Shown here piece after piece: positions 50,198 to 64,000 of a stretch of DNA of 64,000 nucleotides. How positions within the stretch are numbered: position 1 is the first letter of the stretch; every line of letters begins with the position of its first letter. The DNA comes from the human T2T-CHM13v2.0 reference genome, Homo sapiens. The stretch lies in the NCBI RefSeq assembly GCF_009914755.1, contig NC_060936.1; one strand, written 5' to 3'. The notes under the pieces are model-generated. The model ran no database searches and was not told the origin of the DNA. It saw only the letters and a program-made list of their open reading frames with translations. The translations under genes were made by a program, and so were the position numbers.

Positions 50198-51350
50198 ATT
50201 AGCCTTTTAGAGTACCTTCTTGCTGAGTACTAGCAGTGTATAGGTTTCCCCATGAAAAGGACCTACATTTTTGTTGGTTAAGAGGTTATTAAATGTGCTT
50301 TGCCAAAGATACTACCTTGTCATTTCTTCCAGCTTATTAGTTCCGTGGGTTTCTTGGAGTACTGTTAAATCCTTTTTACAAATATATATATACACAACTA
50401 CTGAAGAGACTGTTTATTTGGGGAGTTATTCACTTTTATATTTAAGTCTTAGGCTTAATATGATAAAATATCTCTCAGTTGCTGTGAATAATGGTCTATA
50501 GAAGCTGTTCATTGAGAAAATGATTATTCTCGAGTTTCTGTTGATTTTAAACCTTTTTTGTCTGTCTCTTTCACTAGACTGTAAGCTTCTTCAGATCAGG
50601 GGACATGTCTTGACAGTCTTTGTATTCCTGTTGTTTAGCATAGTACTGGCACATCATAGGTGTGCAAGATAAGAAAATGAGATTGGAAGAATTTATGCTA
50701 CTTGCTGCGCCTAACAAATGTGGATGTCTGTATTATACTGATACTATATTTTCAATAGTTAGCAAAGAAGGCCATTTAATATTTTAATACTGAAAAGCAG
50801 AATTGTGCTCATTTTATTCAATACTTACCATATACCATACACTAGATAGTAGGTGGATGTAAAGATGCAGTTCCTGCTCTCAAAGAGGATTATGACCTAG
50901 AAAAGGTTACAGATTGGATTGAGATAACTTTATAGGCCTGAACAATACAGAAAAGATTTCTAAATCATTGAAGACTTCAGGGAGGAAAAGAGATTGAATG
51001 CGTCGGCAATTTTTATCATTCCCGTTACTTTGAACAATAGTGTATGTAAGTGCAAAAAAAAAGAAAAAGTTGCTGATCATTGTGGTGAGAGGAATGTAAA
51101 ATATGAGTATTTTTCTTGCTGCTAGGTTTAGTTATATTGTGCTGCTTATTCTTAATTCTAGTCCTAACAAATTTGATTTCAAAAGCACATCTGTGGTCAA
51201 CCAACTTCATTGTTAATATTTGTTTTATTCATATTAAGTGACAATGTAAGAATATTCATGTTAAGTGGTACTGCAGATTTTATAAAAAGGAGAGGATCCA
51301 AAAATAAAAAAGTATTTTGCTGATTTCCAACTCCCATCCCTCTTTTTCAG

Positions 51351-51464
51351 GAACTGCAAGCACATGTTGACCAGATAACTGAAATGGCAGCAGTAATGAG
51401 GAAAGCCATTGAAATTGACGAGCAACAGGGTTGCAAGGAACAAGAACGAATATTTCAACTTGAA
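51351..51464 (+). CDS. FGFR1OP2: FGFR1OP2 exon 6 (ELQAHVDQITEMAAVMRKAIEIDEQQGCKEQERIFQLE)
   Basis: ttttcag| acceptor, GAA|gtaagt donor, 114 nt. Confidence 0.95.
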
Positions 51465-52604
51465 GTAAGTTTTACATTGCAAATGTAGATGAAAACTGTC
51501 CATATAAAGATTTATGCCAGAAAATATATCCCATTTTTAAATATATATTTACTCTTCTTGGGTACTGGTAATGTTCTCCTGGATGCTGTCTATGTGGGCA
51601 TATTATGCAAGACCATTTATGTGGTGATGCAAGAATCTAGGATTATTAGTAACTTACAATATACCAGTAATGTAGAAAATTGATGTTTCATTCTATATTG
51701 CTTATCTTATGAAGTGAATGTACTTCTTCAATTGAGTCATTTTTAAAATTTTGTTTATTCTATTAGAGATCATAGTGATACAGGGAAATTTTTTTTAATC
51801 CACAAATATTTAGGGGCACTCTTATTTTTCTGGGGATTCTAAAAACCTTTGTCATCTGTCCTTTATTTTATGACAGTGAAAGTACCAGTCTCTGAATAAT
51901 TGAAATCAGTACAATAGACTTTTATGCCTTAAGAGCTTCATTTTGAAATCACGGCGGGGAACCTGCTTTAGACTACTAAAATTTAGAAAGTGAGACTGAA
52001 GATAAAGTGATAGAGAACAAATTATGAAAGGTTATTGTTAAATGTCTACAAATTTTTTTACAGTAACTAACCAAAAGGAGGCCAGAAAGCAAAGTTATTT
52101 ACCAGTGCCAGATTTGGTCACTTACTTTCCTTCTTGAAAAATATCATCAGCTACCCCTACCCTGCTGCTCTCAAATGCCAATGAGCTAAACTTGTCCTAC
52201 ATTCCATGCTATCATGGAAAGTAATAAAAATACTAAAAATTACTAGGAGATTCTAGCCTATTCACTGGCTTTACGAGTTTATATAAAAATAAATCTAGAT
52301 GTTATTTTCTTCATCTCTAATGTGATTGTAAAATAAGGCAATTTCTGAGCTTCTGTTTACAATTATAGCTGCTTAAGTAAGAAGGCTTTGCAGTGGTGGA
52401 AGATGTTGAACACGATTCCTAGCTGCATAAGTGTTCTTTAGATTCAAGTTGCCAACTCCATATATCATTGAGTAGATTAATGCCAATTACAGACCTTGCT
52501 TGTTTGTTATACCTTCATATGTTCAGTTTTTCCTAACATATGTTTGTGATGTTGTAGCTACCTTGTAGATAGTGACTGCATCTTTGTTTTTGCTTGCCTT
52601 TTAG

Positions 52605-52742
52605 CAAGAAAACAAAGGCTTGAGAGAGATCCTTCAAATAACTCGAGAATCATTTTTGAACCTAAGGAAAGATGATGCGTCGGAAAGTACTTCTTTGTCA
52701 GCATTAGTGACCAACAGTGATTTGAGTCTGAGGAAGAGCTGA
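52605..52742 (+). CDS. FGFR1OP2: FGFR1OP2 last coding exon (QENKGLREILQITRESF...LSLRKS*)
   Basis: ttttag| acceptor, TGA at 52740-52742; total CDS 762 nt = 253 aa. Confidence 0.95.
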   Translation, partial: QENKGLREILQITRESFLNLRKDDASESTSLSALVTNSDLSLRKS

Positions 52743-54665
52743 AGAGTTTCTGAGTCTGTGAGCTTCTTACATGGCTCCAAATGGTCAAATAAGTGAATGA
52801 ATGAATGGACAGAAAATTCAATCCTTTATTTTTTTCTCTGTAAATATGTACAGTGCACGGGCTATGAGATAGCAACAAAAAATGCATAGTTAATGGTCAT
52901 AGACTTTATTCCAAAACATAATTGGAAAATAGAAACTGAGCCATTGCCAAATGGTAAAGAAATGAAAAGTTTTCACAGTGACTACTGAATATACCAAGAG
53001 CTTTTGGCAGTACTGCTGGCTTTCTGGGTGATTAATTAGGTAAACTTGAATATTCCCAGTAAATGTTTGAGAATGCATAAAATTATACCAATTTAAAAAT
53101 ATAAATTTTTGCCACTGTTTTGTGAACGGAGGATTTGTACGCTAAATTTCATCCTTATTTGGCGTCAAAGTTGATGCAAAGTTTATGTACCATGAGACTT
53201 CTAGTGATTGCCTACTTTCACATTTATTTAAATTTTTGTGAAAGAAAATACAGTTTTAAAGGCTATAGGAATGTGTTATATGTACCTTAAACAGATAATT
53301 TAATTTTAGCAATTTATCATAACTGATACTTAGCTAACAATTGTCCATAACTTGTTTAAGTGTAAGAAATACCATTTCAGGAATGAAAAAGAAGGAATAC
53401 TACTTTCTAAGAAAGAAGATCTTATAATAGACATATTTAGTAGGTTAAACTACTCCTTTGAAAGAATAAGTTTTGGTTCAAAGTCAATAATGAAGACGAG
53501 ATTTGTTTTTCTCTTCTCTGGCTGATTTTTAAGGATATTATGTAGTTCATTTAGTTAACAGAATTGAAATGTTTGATATGGCAAGATAGGTATGGTAATT
53601 TCAAAGTGAATTGGGAATTCCTCTGGCTCATAGAACCCTTTTTTTTTTCCTTTAAGTATTCTTGAGATACAAAAAAAAAAAGTAAATAAAATTTCAAAAA
53701 AAAAGTTCCGGATCTGTTTTTAAGCTCCATCTGGTCCTCATAACCTGCAAGATTTTTCTTAAAACCTTTCAGCTGAAAGTGGGGGTAAAGGTGGAGTAAT
53801 CTGTGGATTTGTTTCTGTTGTCTTTTAAAATGTCAAATATATAATATGTAATTTTTTTAAAAACCACCAGATACAGAAATGTGCTTTAACATCAGTTGAA
53901 ACCTAAATTTTCTTATGTTGTGGTGATTGTATTAAAAAGGGATAAAAGAAGAGTGTCAAACATGGTTAAATATATTGTACTCATTTATGTTGAATACGTA
54001 TTAAAATTAAGACAAATGGAAAATTATACTTTGAGTATATAATTTGTTAAATATTACTTTATATGGTAATTTTATGTATAATTTCATATATTGGTAAAAT
54101 TCAAAACTACACTTGAGAATTTTTTTATCTTAAGTTTGGGGTGAATGGGGTGGATGAGACTGATTGAATAGAAAAGGGCTAATGGCCCAAACATTATATA
54201 GATTTCTTTTTTTCAGTCAGAGGCCTTATTTGATATTTTATAAATAAATGACAGTTTTTATTTTTAAACTTTTTATTGTTTTTGGGAAAGTATTCCTTAA
54301 TTTAATGACACATTCATTCAGATACTTCTTATCCCTGCTAATAAAGGAAATCTATTTCAAGCTACACCATTGAGATTAAGTCTGAGGCAGTTCATTGAGG
54401 CAGCTCTACTATAAAAGCTTACTTGATAAATAATTATTTTTGTAAACAAGTTGGGTTAACTTATTCTTCGTCTTTTTGCTTGGATATGAATTTAAGGTCT
54501 TCATGTTTAAAGACATTTACTTTGTTATTTAGTGACACATTTCCATCCTATTTTTTTTTTTTTTTTTGGTTGTTGTTAAACAGAACCTTAAGTTTATGTT
54601 TGAGGTATGTACTGCATAGGAACCTATTTTATTATTAAAGATGAATGATTAAAATTGGTATGGTC
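52743..54665 (+). other. FGFR1OP2: FGFR1OP2 AU-rich 3'UTR with several polyA signals; end approximate
   Basis: Repeat-free AT-rich stretch after the stop; AATAAA ~53685, ~54244, ~54340; ATTAAA ~54634, ~54648. Confidence 0.65.
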
Positions 54666-54827
54666 TCCAATTTAATTTGAAAAGTGCTTACCCTTATTCT
54701 TATATATGGTTTAATTTTAAGGTTTTTTGTCTCTTCTTAGTGCAAAACTACTTAGCAGTGACCTCTATCTGTATTCCTTAGGAATTAGCAGCTTCTTAGT
54801 GTGGATCCTGCAGAACTTCTTACCATT

Positions 54828-55250
54828 TGTAGTAGGTTGAATCATGTCCCCTAGAAGGTAAGTCTAAGTCCTAACTTGATACACCTGGGAAGGTGACCAT
54901 ATTTGGAAATAGTCTTTACAGATGTGATTAGGGGATCTCAGGATATAATTACCCTGGATTTTGGGTGGGCTCCAAACCCAGTGACTAGTGTCGTTACAAT
55001 AAGAGAGGAGGAGATATGAAACACAGATATAGCAGCATGAGGACAGAGGCAATGAGTTACGCAAGGACTGCTAGCCACCACCAGAAGCTGCAAGAGAGGC
55101 ATGGAATGGGTTCTTCACGGGCTCCAGAAAGGACCAAGCCTGCTTGATTTCAGACTTCTGGCCTCCAGAACTGTGAGGAAATAAATTTCTGTTGTTTTCA
55201 TTCACCCAGCCTGTGGTAATTTGTTAGAGTAACCCTAGGAAACTAAGACA
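54828..55250 (+). mobile_element. MLT1 (ERVL-MaLR) solo LTR
   Basis: tgtagtaggttgaat...cagaactgtgag..aataaatttctgttgttt...aaactaagaca. Confidence 0.85.
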
Positions 55251-55396
55251 TCTATTGTTTTTCATCTATCAACTATATTTTTATTTTATATAAGAAAGTT
55301 CTTAAAAACCAATTTATAACCTCACAATTTCTGCTCTAATTTTATATTCTTTAATATCAAGGTGACTTCTAAAATTTTATAGAAATAAATTGCTTC

Positions 55397-55679
<283 letters not shown>

Positions 55680-56915
55680 TCAATGAAAAATGGACAATCG
55701 TAGATCCATAATTTTGGTGGTCACTACCTTTTTTCATTGTCAGAGTGAAATAGGAGAACATTTTTTAGTAAAATACTGATGATGATAATTTCTAATTGGA
55801 ATTTGAGGAGACACTTTTTCCTTTAACCTCTCTGGCTGCTCCTCAGTCTCCTTTGTTTCTTCTCGCTGACCTCTTAACATTAGAGAGCCACTGGGCTTAG
55901 TCCTTATACCTATTCTGTGCAGTGTCTCTACTCACTGGTGATCTCACCCAGTCTCATGACTAAATACCACCTCTATGCTTGATGGCTCCTAAATTCACAG
56001 TTCCAGCATAGACCTCTCACCCCGGATTCATGCAGCTGTGACTGTCAAAGAGAAATTTTATGCTTAAGATGTCCAAAGCCAAACTCCAAACCTCCCAGAA
56101 CGCCTCCATACTCTTTCCCATCCTGCTTGATGACAACTCCATCCTTGCAGTTGCTAAGGCCAAAAACCTTGGTGGCAACTTTGACTCCACTTTCTCATAT
56201 CGTGCATCCTATTCATCAGCAAATCCTGTTGTTGGCTCTTCCTTCCAAATAAATCAGAATCCTACCATTTCTCTCCTCCACTGCTACCCCTGGTCAAAGC
56301 TACATTATGGTAGTGTTAAAGTATACAAATTGGATTCAACCTAAATATCCTACAGTAGGGGAATAGTTAAATATCAATATTCACTCAATACAGTTGATTA
56401 CAGTCTATGGCTTGAAGATGCTAGCAACAAGAAGAAAAAAGTACCTAAATATGCATTAAAAAGCTTAACATAAATTACCCATATAATTACAAATATGTAA
56501 AAATCAGATGCATACGGGGAAATGTCCTGAAGCAAACAGCATCAGTATTCTTCCAGCTAATTGTACTGTTTGCATTAGCCAGTCAGTTTCTGATGCCTGT
56601 AAATCAAGCATTTTTGTAGCTACCATTATGGAGTTGTAATTTATTCATCAGTTCCCCCAACTGATGGATATTTAGTTTGCAAAGTTTAATACAAAATAAT
56701 GCAGTAAACATCCATATACATTATTTATTGTAATTTCTAGCGTGCAAATTCCCAGAAGTTTGTTAGGTCATGTTTTGTTATTTTTTAAATGAAAAAATAA
56801 ATGTACACTGTTAAAAATCTTAGCATACTAAAAAATTTACAATTCAGAGTAAACCTCTTCCTACAACCTCTGTCTTTCCAGAGGTCATTATAAGTTTCTT
56901 GTGAATCAGAAAACC

Positions 56916-57380
56916 TGTTAACCAAAAAAAGTGACTGAGGCAAGTGTCTTACATCAGTAGAGGTTTATTGGGCCAAAGTTTAAAGACATGCCAGAGAAAA
57001 AACGCAAGCCACATGAGCATCTGTGACCTGAGCTTTCTAAAGAGGGTTTTGGAAACTCATTATTTAGGGGAGAGAGTGAGGAGGGAAAAGGGAGAGGGGT
57101 TAGGCAGTGAGGCAAATGATTACATTCTTGTGAGGCTCTGATTAACGCTCAGTAAATCTATGTTTCATATAAGATAAACTGAAAAAAGGGAGTAAAGACT
57201 CAGTTATTCATCTGTTTCAGGGTAGGCAGAAGAGTGGTTGATTTTGTCTCATCCTTATTCTGTACCTGGGAAGATAAGCTTGTTATCAGCATTGTCAGTG
57301 TGAGATTTAACAAAACTTGGTTTTAAGAGTTAAACTTAGGTTGCAGACCCAAGGTTACAATTGGCATGTGTTGGTTTTAC
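56916..57380 (-). mobile_element. ERV1 (MER4-group-like) solo LTR
   Basis: TG start, gaggtttatt (antisense polyA signal), ggttaca near end; subfamily not determined. Confidence 0.55.
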
Positions 57381-57703
57381 AGCTCTCTACAATGAGAAGG
57401 GGAGGCCTTGAGGCTTCTGTTAATAATACTCCCCTTCCTACACATGACATACTTGGTTTTGGCTACTCCTACTCAACCTCCAAGTTTCAGCTGGAATGTC
57501 ACTTCCTCAAGGACTCCTTCCTTGGCATCCCACTTTCTAGCCCTATCCCATTATACATTTTCATTGCATATTACACATCTTGTGTAACTATTTTAGTATC
57601 TGTCTCACACTCCAGTCCCAGACAGCAAAGACCATGCCTGTGTTTTCCATCTTCCTAGTGCTCAAGGCAATGCCTGGCCAGGAACTCAACAAATATTTAA
57701 TGA

Positions 57704-58045
<342 letters not shown>

Positions 58046-58242
58046 TAACAATTTTTTAAAAAATCTTAAGCTTGATCCAGACCTGCCAACCTCTCCAGTG
58101 TAATGATTACATGGTAGTCCCTGGGTAAGTCCAGAGTTCCCACTAACTTAAGCCCCTCTTTGTGTCAATTTCATAAAGAGTGGTCCTTGCAAATACAATG
58201 GCCAAATTGCCAAGAGGCATTTCAATCAACAGTCAGGGTAAT

Positions 58243-58620
58243 GTGTATTCTTTTGACATAACAGAATACCACTGACTGAATGGCTTAAACAACAGAAATA
58301 ATTTCTCACAGTTCTGGAGGCTGAAGTCCATGATCAAGGTGCAGCAGGGATGGTTTCCTCTGCTTGCAGATGGCTCCCCTCTTACTGCTCTTCACACGGT
58401 CTTTCCCCTGTGAGCACATGCACCTGGTGTTTCTGTGTCCTAATCTCCCCTTCTTACAAAGACACTGGTCAGACTGGATTAGGACCCACCCTAATAGTCT
58501 CAATTTAATTTGAAACCTCTTTAAAGGCCCCGTCTCCAAATAAGGTCACATTCTGAGGTACCGGGTGTTAGGGCTTCAACATATAAATTTGTTTGGGGGG
58601 CACAGTTTAGTCTATCAGCA
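58243..58620 (-). mobile_element. MLT1A-like solo LTR
   Basis: ggcttaaacaacagaaat..tttctcacagttctggaggctg; gttagggcttcaacatat. Confidence 0.85.
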
Positions 58621-60383
58621 AACCATAGGTAGCTGCCCTCCCAACAAGGGCTGGGATGCAATGAGGGGCTGTGCCCTAGGGCAAGGCCCTGTTCTCAGGA
58701 AATTAGAACCAAGAACTCTGGGTTTGAATGAATGTTACTAACAGGTATTAAGTACATCACCTAGGAGTGAACTTCGGACCAAGTTTCTATTGTGGAGATA
58801 TGGATATTGGAAATGTTAAATATTATGTACCAATCATTTGAAATAAATGGTCCATTACTTCAGATAATTAACTTGGAAAAACATGCTTTCACTGTGTAAA
58901 ATTAATAATTTTCAAAAAGAACGATCGTAGCAATACTTATATTAGAAACATCCTATCAATTCGTTAGCAGAAGAAAATAGAAAATACCTGGTTTTACATC
59001 TGTATCATGATGAGTGTAAAGCACATTTGGATAGGGAGTCAGGCATCCCAGTTTTGGTCTGAGCACTGTTAGTTGATAACTCTCTGACTTCATATCATTA
59101 ACTTAAGAATTTCCTCAGGTATTAAAGAGGTCAGTGAACATGACCTCTGAAGTCCTTTGAAGGTTTAATATTCTAGCAATTTCTTTGTTGGAATCAGTTT
59201 TCTATTTCACCTGCTACAGAAAACTCAACTGGCCTGTGGTACAATATACCTAGTATGGTTTGGCAACCTGGTAGCTAACCTATAACAGATTAATCAGAAC
59301 TTTCTGAAAACATTTTAAAGAACAGTTCAACAGAGTTTCCTGTTAACTACTACTTTTCTTTAGTCTGACACACCTGAAGTGCTAATAACACCAAATTAGT
59401 CTTTTAACACATTGCCCCAGATTTCATTTCCTGTTATTATCTTTGTGATTTTTTAAAAATGAAGAACTATATTGTTTGCCCATATTAAATAACTTTTATA
59501 GCTATGAAACTCGTCATGTCTTGTTGCTGTGGTACAAATATAATCTGAAAAATTTTATGAAAATATTTAATGAGGCTTTTTAGCATTTTTTTCAAAATAG
59601 GGATTTATTATAAAAACTATACAAACTTTTTATCACTCACAAATGATGAAAAATTTTAAACAATTAGTATCCTCCCTCCAAAATAGTGTGTTCTGTCTTT
59701 ACAGTCTTCACTGGCAGTGCATTCAGATAGTATAGAAAATAACAAACATTCCATATAACTTTGTCCCTACAGTAAATAATTTTTTAAAACTTTTCATCAA
59801 GTTTCAGTGTTAATGAAGTTAATTATAGACAGTAAGGATTACAGAATAAGCAGTAAATGGTCACCTGCACTGTATTTTTCAAAGCAAAAATTGTTTTATA
59901 TTTTCTATGTTGTTTTATCCTGCCCCAAACACTTAAAGCAAAAGTTAAAGATTTTTCCAGTTACCTGAAACTTCAAAAATCTATTGTACTTTGAAAAAAC
60001 TTTAAAAAGCAGCATCATTTAAATAGTGGTTAACTCATAAACGTGTATGCAACAACATTCCACAACCCTAATACCACTCAGGCCTGCAGAGTCACCAGCT
60101 CACAATAATTCAGTGCTCTGAAAGCTGGGGGGAAAGCCCCTGAGTAGTAAGTATGCAACCCAGGGTGTCGGGTGCTTTCTTGTGGTGAAACAAGGGTGTC
60201 AAAACTGAGGGGACTCTCCAAGGTCCTAATGAAAAGCAGCTCCTCTAAACACCTGAATCCTTTTTGACTCCATTCTCATCACTTTAAGGATGAAGCCTTT
60301 CTGTACAAAGGCTTTGTACAGAAATTATTAAAAACTATATTTTACACTAATGCTAACAGCTAATTGAGCAGAAAGAACTATGA

Positions 60384-60758
<375 letters not shown>

Positions 60759-61183
60759 CAATATAGATTAAGGTGGGGGTTATTTCCTAAAAACAAAAGT
60801 AATCCATATGTCATCTAATGCAGTTAAATTAAAGATCACCTGTTGACACTATTTGAAAAGGCCTTGAAAAAAAAAAGGGGGCCATTATTTGGAATATAAA
60901 TCACCCTTATAAAATTCTATTATCTATATAAATTGGCCTATTTTCAAATAATAATTTAGCTATTTCAATTACCATTTTAAGCAATAAAAGGCAAAAACAA
61001 AGGGAACCTACTGAATTGTACACTTAAACATGAATAAGAAGGTAAATTTCATGTGTATTTTATCACAACTTAAAAATTTTAAAAAATACTGAAAAAAAAA
61101 CAAAGGGTAACTTTTGGATAATGTATGATACTAAGAAGGGCATGCAACTAAGTAATCAGACTGCTTTTAGTAAGAAAATAAGT

Positions 61184-61480
61184 TTTTTTTTTTTTTTAAT
61201 TTCTCGAGACAGGGTCTCTGTCACCCAAGCTGGAGTGCAGTGACACAATCAAGGCTCACTGTAGCCTCAAGCTTCAGGGCTCCAGGGATCCTCCCATCTC
61301 AGTCTCCTTGGGAGCTGGGAGTAGGCATGTGCCACCATGCCTGGCTAATTTTTTAATTTTTTTGTAGAGATGGGGTCTTGTCATGTTGCCCATGTCGGTC
61401 TCAAACTCCTGGGCTCAAGCGATACTCCCACCTTGGCTTCCCAGTATTGGGATTACAGGTGTGAGCCACCATGTCTGGCT
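61184..61480 (-). mobile_element. AluJ in the TM7SF3 3'UTR region
   Basis: Alu consensus. Confidence 0.88.
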
Positions 61481-61972
61481 TGCTTCTCTTTTTGTATTCT
61501 AAAATTCAAAGGCCTAAGTATCAAATCCCTAAATCTCCAAATACTGTCACAGATAAAGACTCAATAATAAACTCCCTCCGAAAGTTTAGACAGGCTCAGG
61601 TGAGAGACTTGTTTCAAGGGGTTATAAAAAGAAACACCAGTGCTCTGCAGAAGAATCAGTTTTTAATTTTTTTAATGTATCTATTTAATGGAATAAGTTG
61701 ATCATAGATTTGTAAACCAAAAGGTAATTTCTCAAGTATTTGGAAATAAGAAAAAGCCTCCCTACCACCAACCTTTTGGTCATCTTTCTCATTCTCTTAC
61801 AATCATCCTAATCCCCTAGTACACCCTTACCATATATCAATAAGGGCACCATAATATTATGCAAAGAACAGATATATATGCCTGATCTCTTATTAGACTT
61901 GCACCAGAGACTGTTGAACCACTCCAGGCATGAACTCCAAAGCTGAGGCACACTGACCAAGCCCCTGGGCAT

Positions 61973-62235
61973 CTACAGAAGCAAAGGCGTTCTCTCTCCA
62001 GCTGGCTGCTCCTTCTGGAAGAGCCCTTTAATCTGGGTTAATCGGCCATAGAGCCTCTCTCTCAATGGAGGAATGTGGTAGCTAGGGTCCAGAATGTTTG
62101 TCACTCGGCGCTCTCTCTCTTGCTTCCATAACTTGTATGGGTGGGGAGGGAAGAACGGTCGTCCTCTCTCTCTTCGAATCTGTAACGTAATTCCACTTAC
62201 AGCCAGCATGCCCCATACTGCCAGGATAATGAAGT
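61973..62235 (-). CDS. TM7SF3: TM7SF3 last coding exon (FIILAVWGMLAVSGITLQIRRERGRPFFPPHPYKLWKQ...ERTPLLL*)
   Basis: tttttag| acceptor, TAG stop; TM helix followed by cytoplasmic tail; recognised C-terminus. Confidence 0.92.
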
Positions 62236-63503
62236 CTAAAAAACAGTAGAAAAAGTACAGTTTGAACTCTAGTATTTTAAAATCTAACATAATAATACAA
62301 CCCTTCATGGACTAAATCTGTATATTCCTTTCTAATAGACTTTCTGGTGAGTTAGTCCAAACACATATGTAGTTCCTCAGTTACAAACCAAGGAATCAGT
62401 AGGGAAGCCACAGTCTTATTTTTGAAACTAGGAATTTTCTATTACAGGCATTTGAAAGTCCAGACAGGTTGTAAAAAAATCAGTTGTTTGGATCCTTGGC
62501 CTTCCAACATTATGTAACAAGTACCCACAGTTGTTTGTGTGTTTTTTCAGAGGGGGTTCGGGGAGGAAGGCAGTGATCTAGTTACACTTCACATATGTAC
62601 ATCATGGAACATCAGATTCCACCACGCTCATTTCTTTCCCATTCCACTCTACATGGGGCCCTACTGCACTCACAGTGTAGGTATAGGAATGCATGAAAAG
62701 ATTCAACCAATCGTACTCAGCTTCTAGTAAAGCTTCTAGCTTGGCAAAACACTGTCTGGTACTTAAAACTTGCAAGAGTTTTAAGGTTTTCAAGGATTTC
62801 AAGGTCTCTACCATCAACCTCTTATCCAAAGGGAAAGCTCTGGATAGTAAAGGGAAAGATTTGCCCTAAAATAAAATCACAACAATCACAATTGTGCTTA
62901 TGCAATATATCTTCAATTCTAGGACATGCTTTTTCACTCTCCACATGTCAACATTTCTGAAGTCAACATATCTTACAATCTGAACAATTCATGTGGTAGT
63001 CATTTTTTTCTTCAAAAAATTTATAGAAAATCTGTAATGGATAGAATCTTACAAGTGAGGGAAACTATATGCTTACTAATTAAAAACTCTTTCAACTAGC
63101 AAACTGCATGCTTCATTAAAGGAGGGAAACAAGGGAATAACTTAACATTAAATCAGGTTGTCATTCTCATCCCTTATTCCATCCCCACCCATAAGTCTCA
63201 AACATCTTTACTGTCAGTATTTTTCTCCCCTCTGAGAATGACCAGGTAAACCTAAATAATCTTGGAAATTTCTTAATGAAATTCATTTAGTAGATTTTTA
63301 TCTTCATCTTAAAATTTTAAATGCTTTACTCCCATGATCCTGAGTTATCATAACAGAGGGTTCTCACAGCATTGTATGCTGTGTTCCCTCCTTTTGTCCC
63401 AGTTGACTTTCTTTAAATTTAGTTTCCAAGTGCTCTGGTTAGCATAGGTGGGTCAAGACTCCTACTGTGCTGTCACACTGGTTTTTGGATTTAAGAGTCT
63501 TAC

Positions 63504-63666
63504 CATTAGTTTGAAAAGGCACATTTGTGAAAGCTCTGTGGAAATCCTTGTTGAGCGCTCTCTTGAGTACGTTCAAAGTGATGTAGGAAAGGCTTGTGGA
63601 CCAGTAACTGTCAATGGCTAAAACCACCGAATAGGAGCCAATGACTCCACAAGTCAGTATGTTCAG
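63504..63666 (-). CDS. TM7SF3: TM7SF3 penultimate exon (LNILTCGVIGSYSVVLAIDSYWSTSLSYITLNVLKRALNKDFHRAFTNVPFQTN)
   Basis: ttccacag| acceptor, ATG|gtaag donor, 163 nt, in frame with the last exon. Confidence 0.92.
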
Positions 63667-64000
63667 CTGTGGAAGAGTGGAAGAGTTTAGGCATCATCCA
63701 TGTTAGAACAAAAATAGTTTATAACTCTCCACTGGCTTCAATCACAGGCAATCACATCTGCTCCCTCAGGCATGAAAAAGGACCAGACCCACTCAGAGCT
63801 GAACAGAAGTTCCCTGGAAAGATAAACTGAAAACAACCTTCAACATCCATATGAGTTCTTAAAACACAGTTCAGCTTATCCAAATACTATGGAAAATATC
63901 TTCCATATGAAGGAACTTCAACAATAAAATCTAATTAGAGGAAGAATCACTCTTCTGAAGCCAGTTGAAACTAATGACCCATCAGGTTGGTGTACTAGAG

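Noticed and set aside
53639-53704. T-run and A-runs in the FGFR1OP2 3'UTR as an ENE-like triple helix
   Set aside because: Lacks paired U-rich internal loop architecture; more likely homopolymer runs and an internal-priming hazard

Overview
Primate (human-like, Alu-rich) genomic DNA matching the INTS13(ASUN)-FGFR1OP2-TM7SF3 locus, recognised from the encoded proteins. INTS13 is on the minus strand: non-coding exon 1 plus coding exons 2-14, with the last exons beyond the left edge. It shares a bidirectional CpG-island promoter (~25.8-27.0 kb) with FGFR1OP2, which is complete on the plus strand: six coding exons, 762 nt, 253 aa. The last two exons and 3'UTR of TM7SF3 are on the minus strand at the right end, convergent with FGFR1OP2. 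All coding exon boundaries were checked by eye for GT/AG and frame continuity. Introns hold about 30 Alus, L1/L2/MIR remnants, DNA transposons (MER44, MER30, MER3) and LTRs. Most ORF-track entries are Alu/L1 artefacts. I see no evidence of a wholly new gene system. The most interesting unexplained structures are: (1) a duplicated ~165-bp element with perfectly conserved blocks in FGFR1OP2 intron 1; (2) a fossil class I ERV pol region; (3) an L1 inserted into the polypyrimidine tract of FGFR1OP2 exon 3; (4) a strong-Kozak uORF in FGFR1OP2 exon 1; (5) a cassette/terminal dual-use exon 5; (6) a templated-insertion scar in an Alu in the TM7SF3 3'UTR. Repeat subfamily names are from memory of consensus sequences, and repeat boundaries are approximate.
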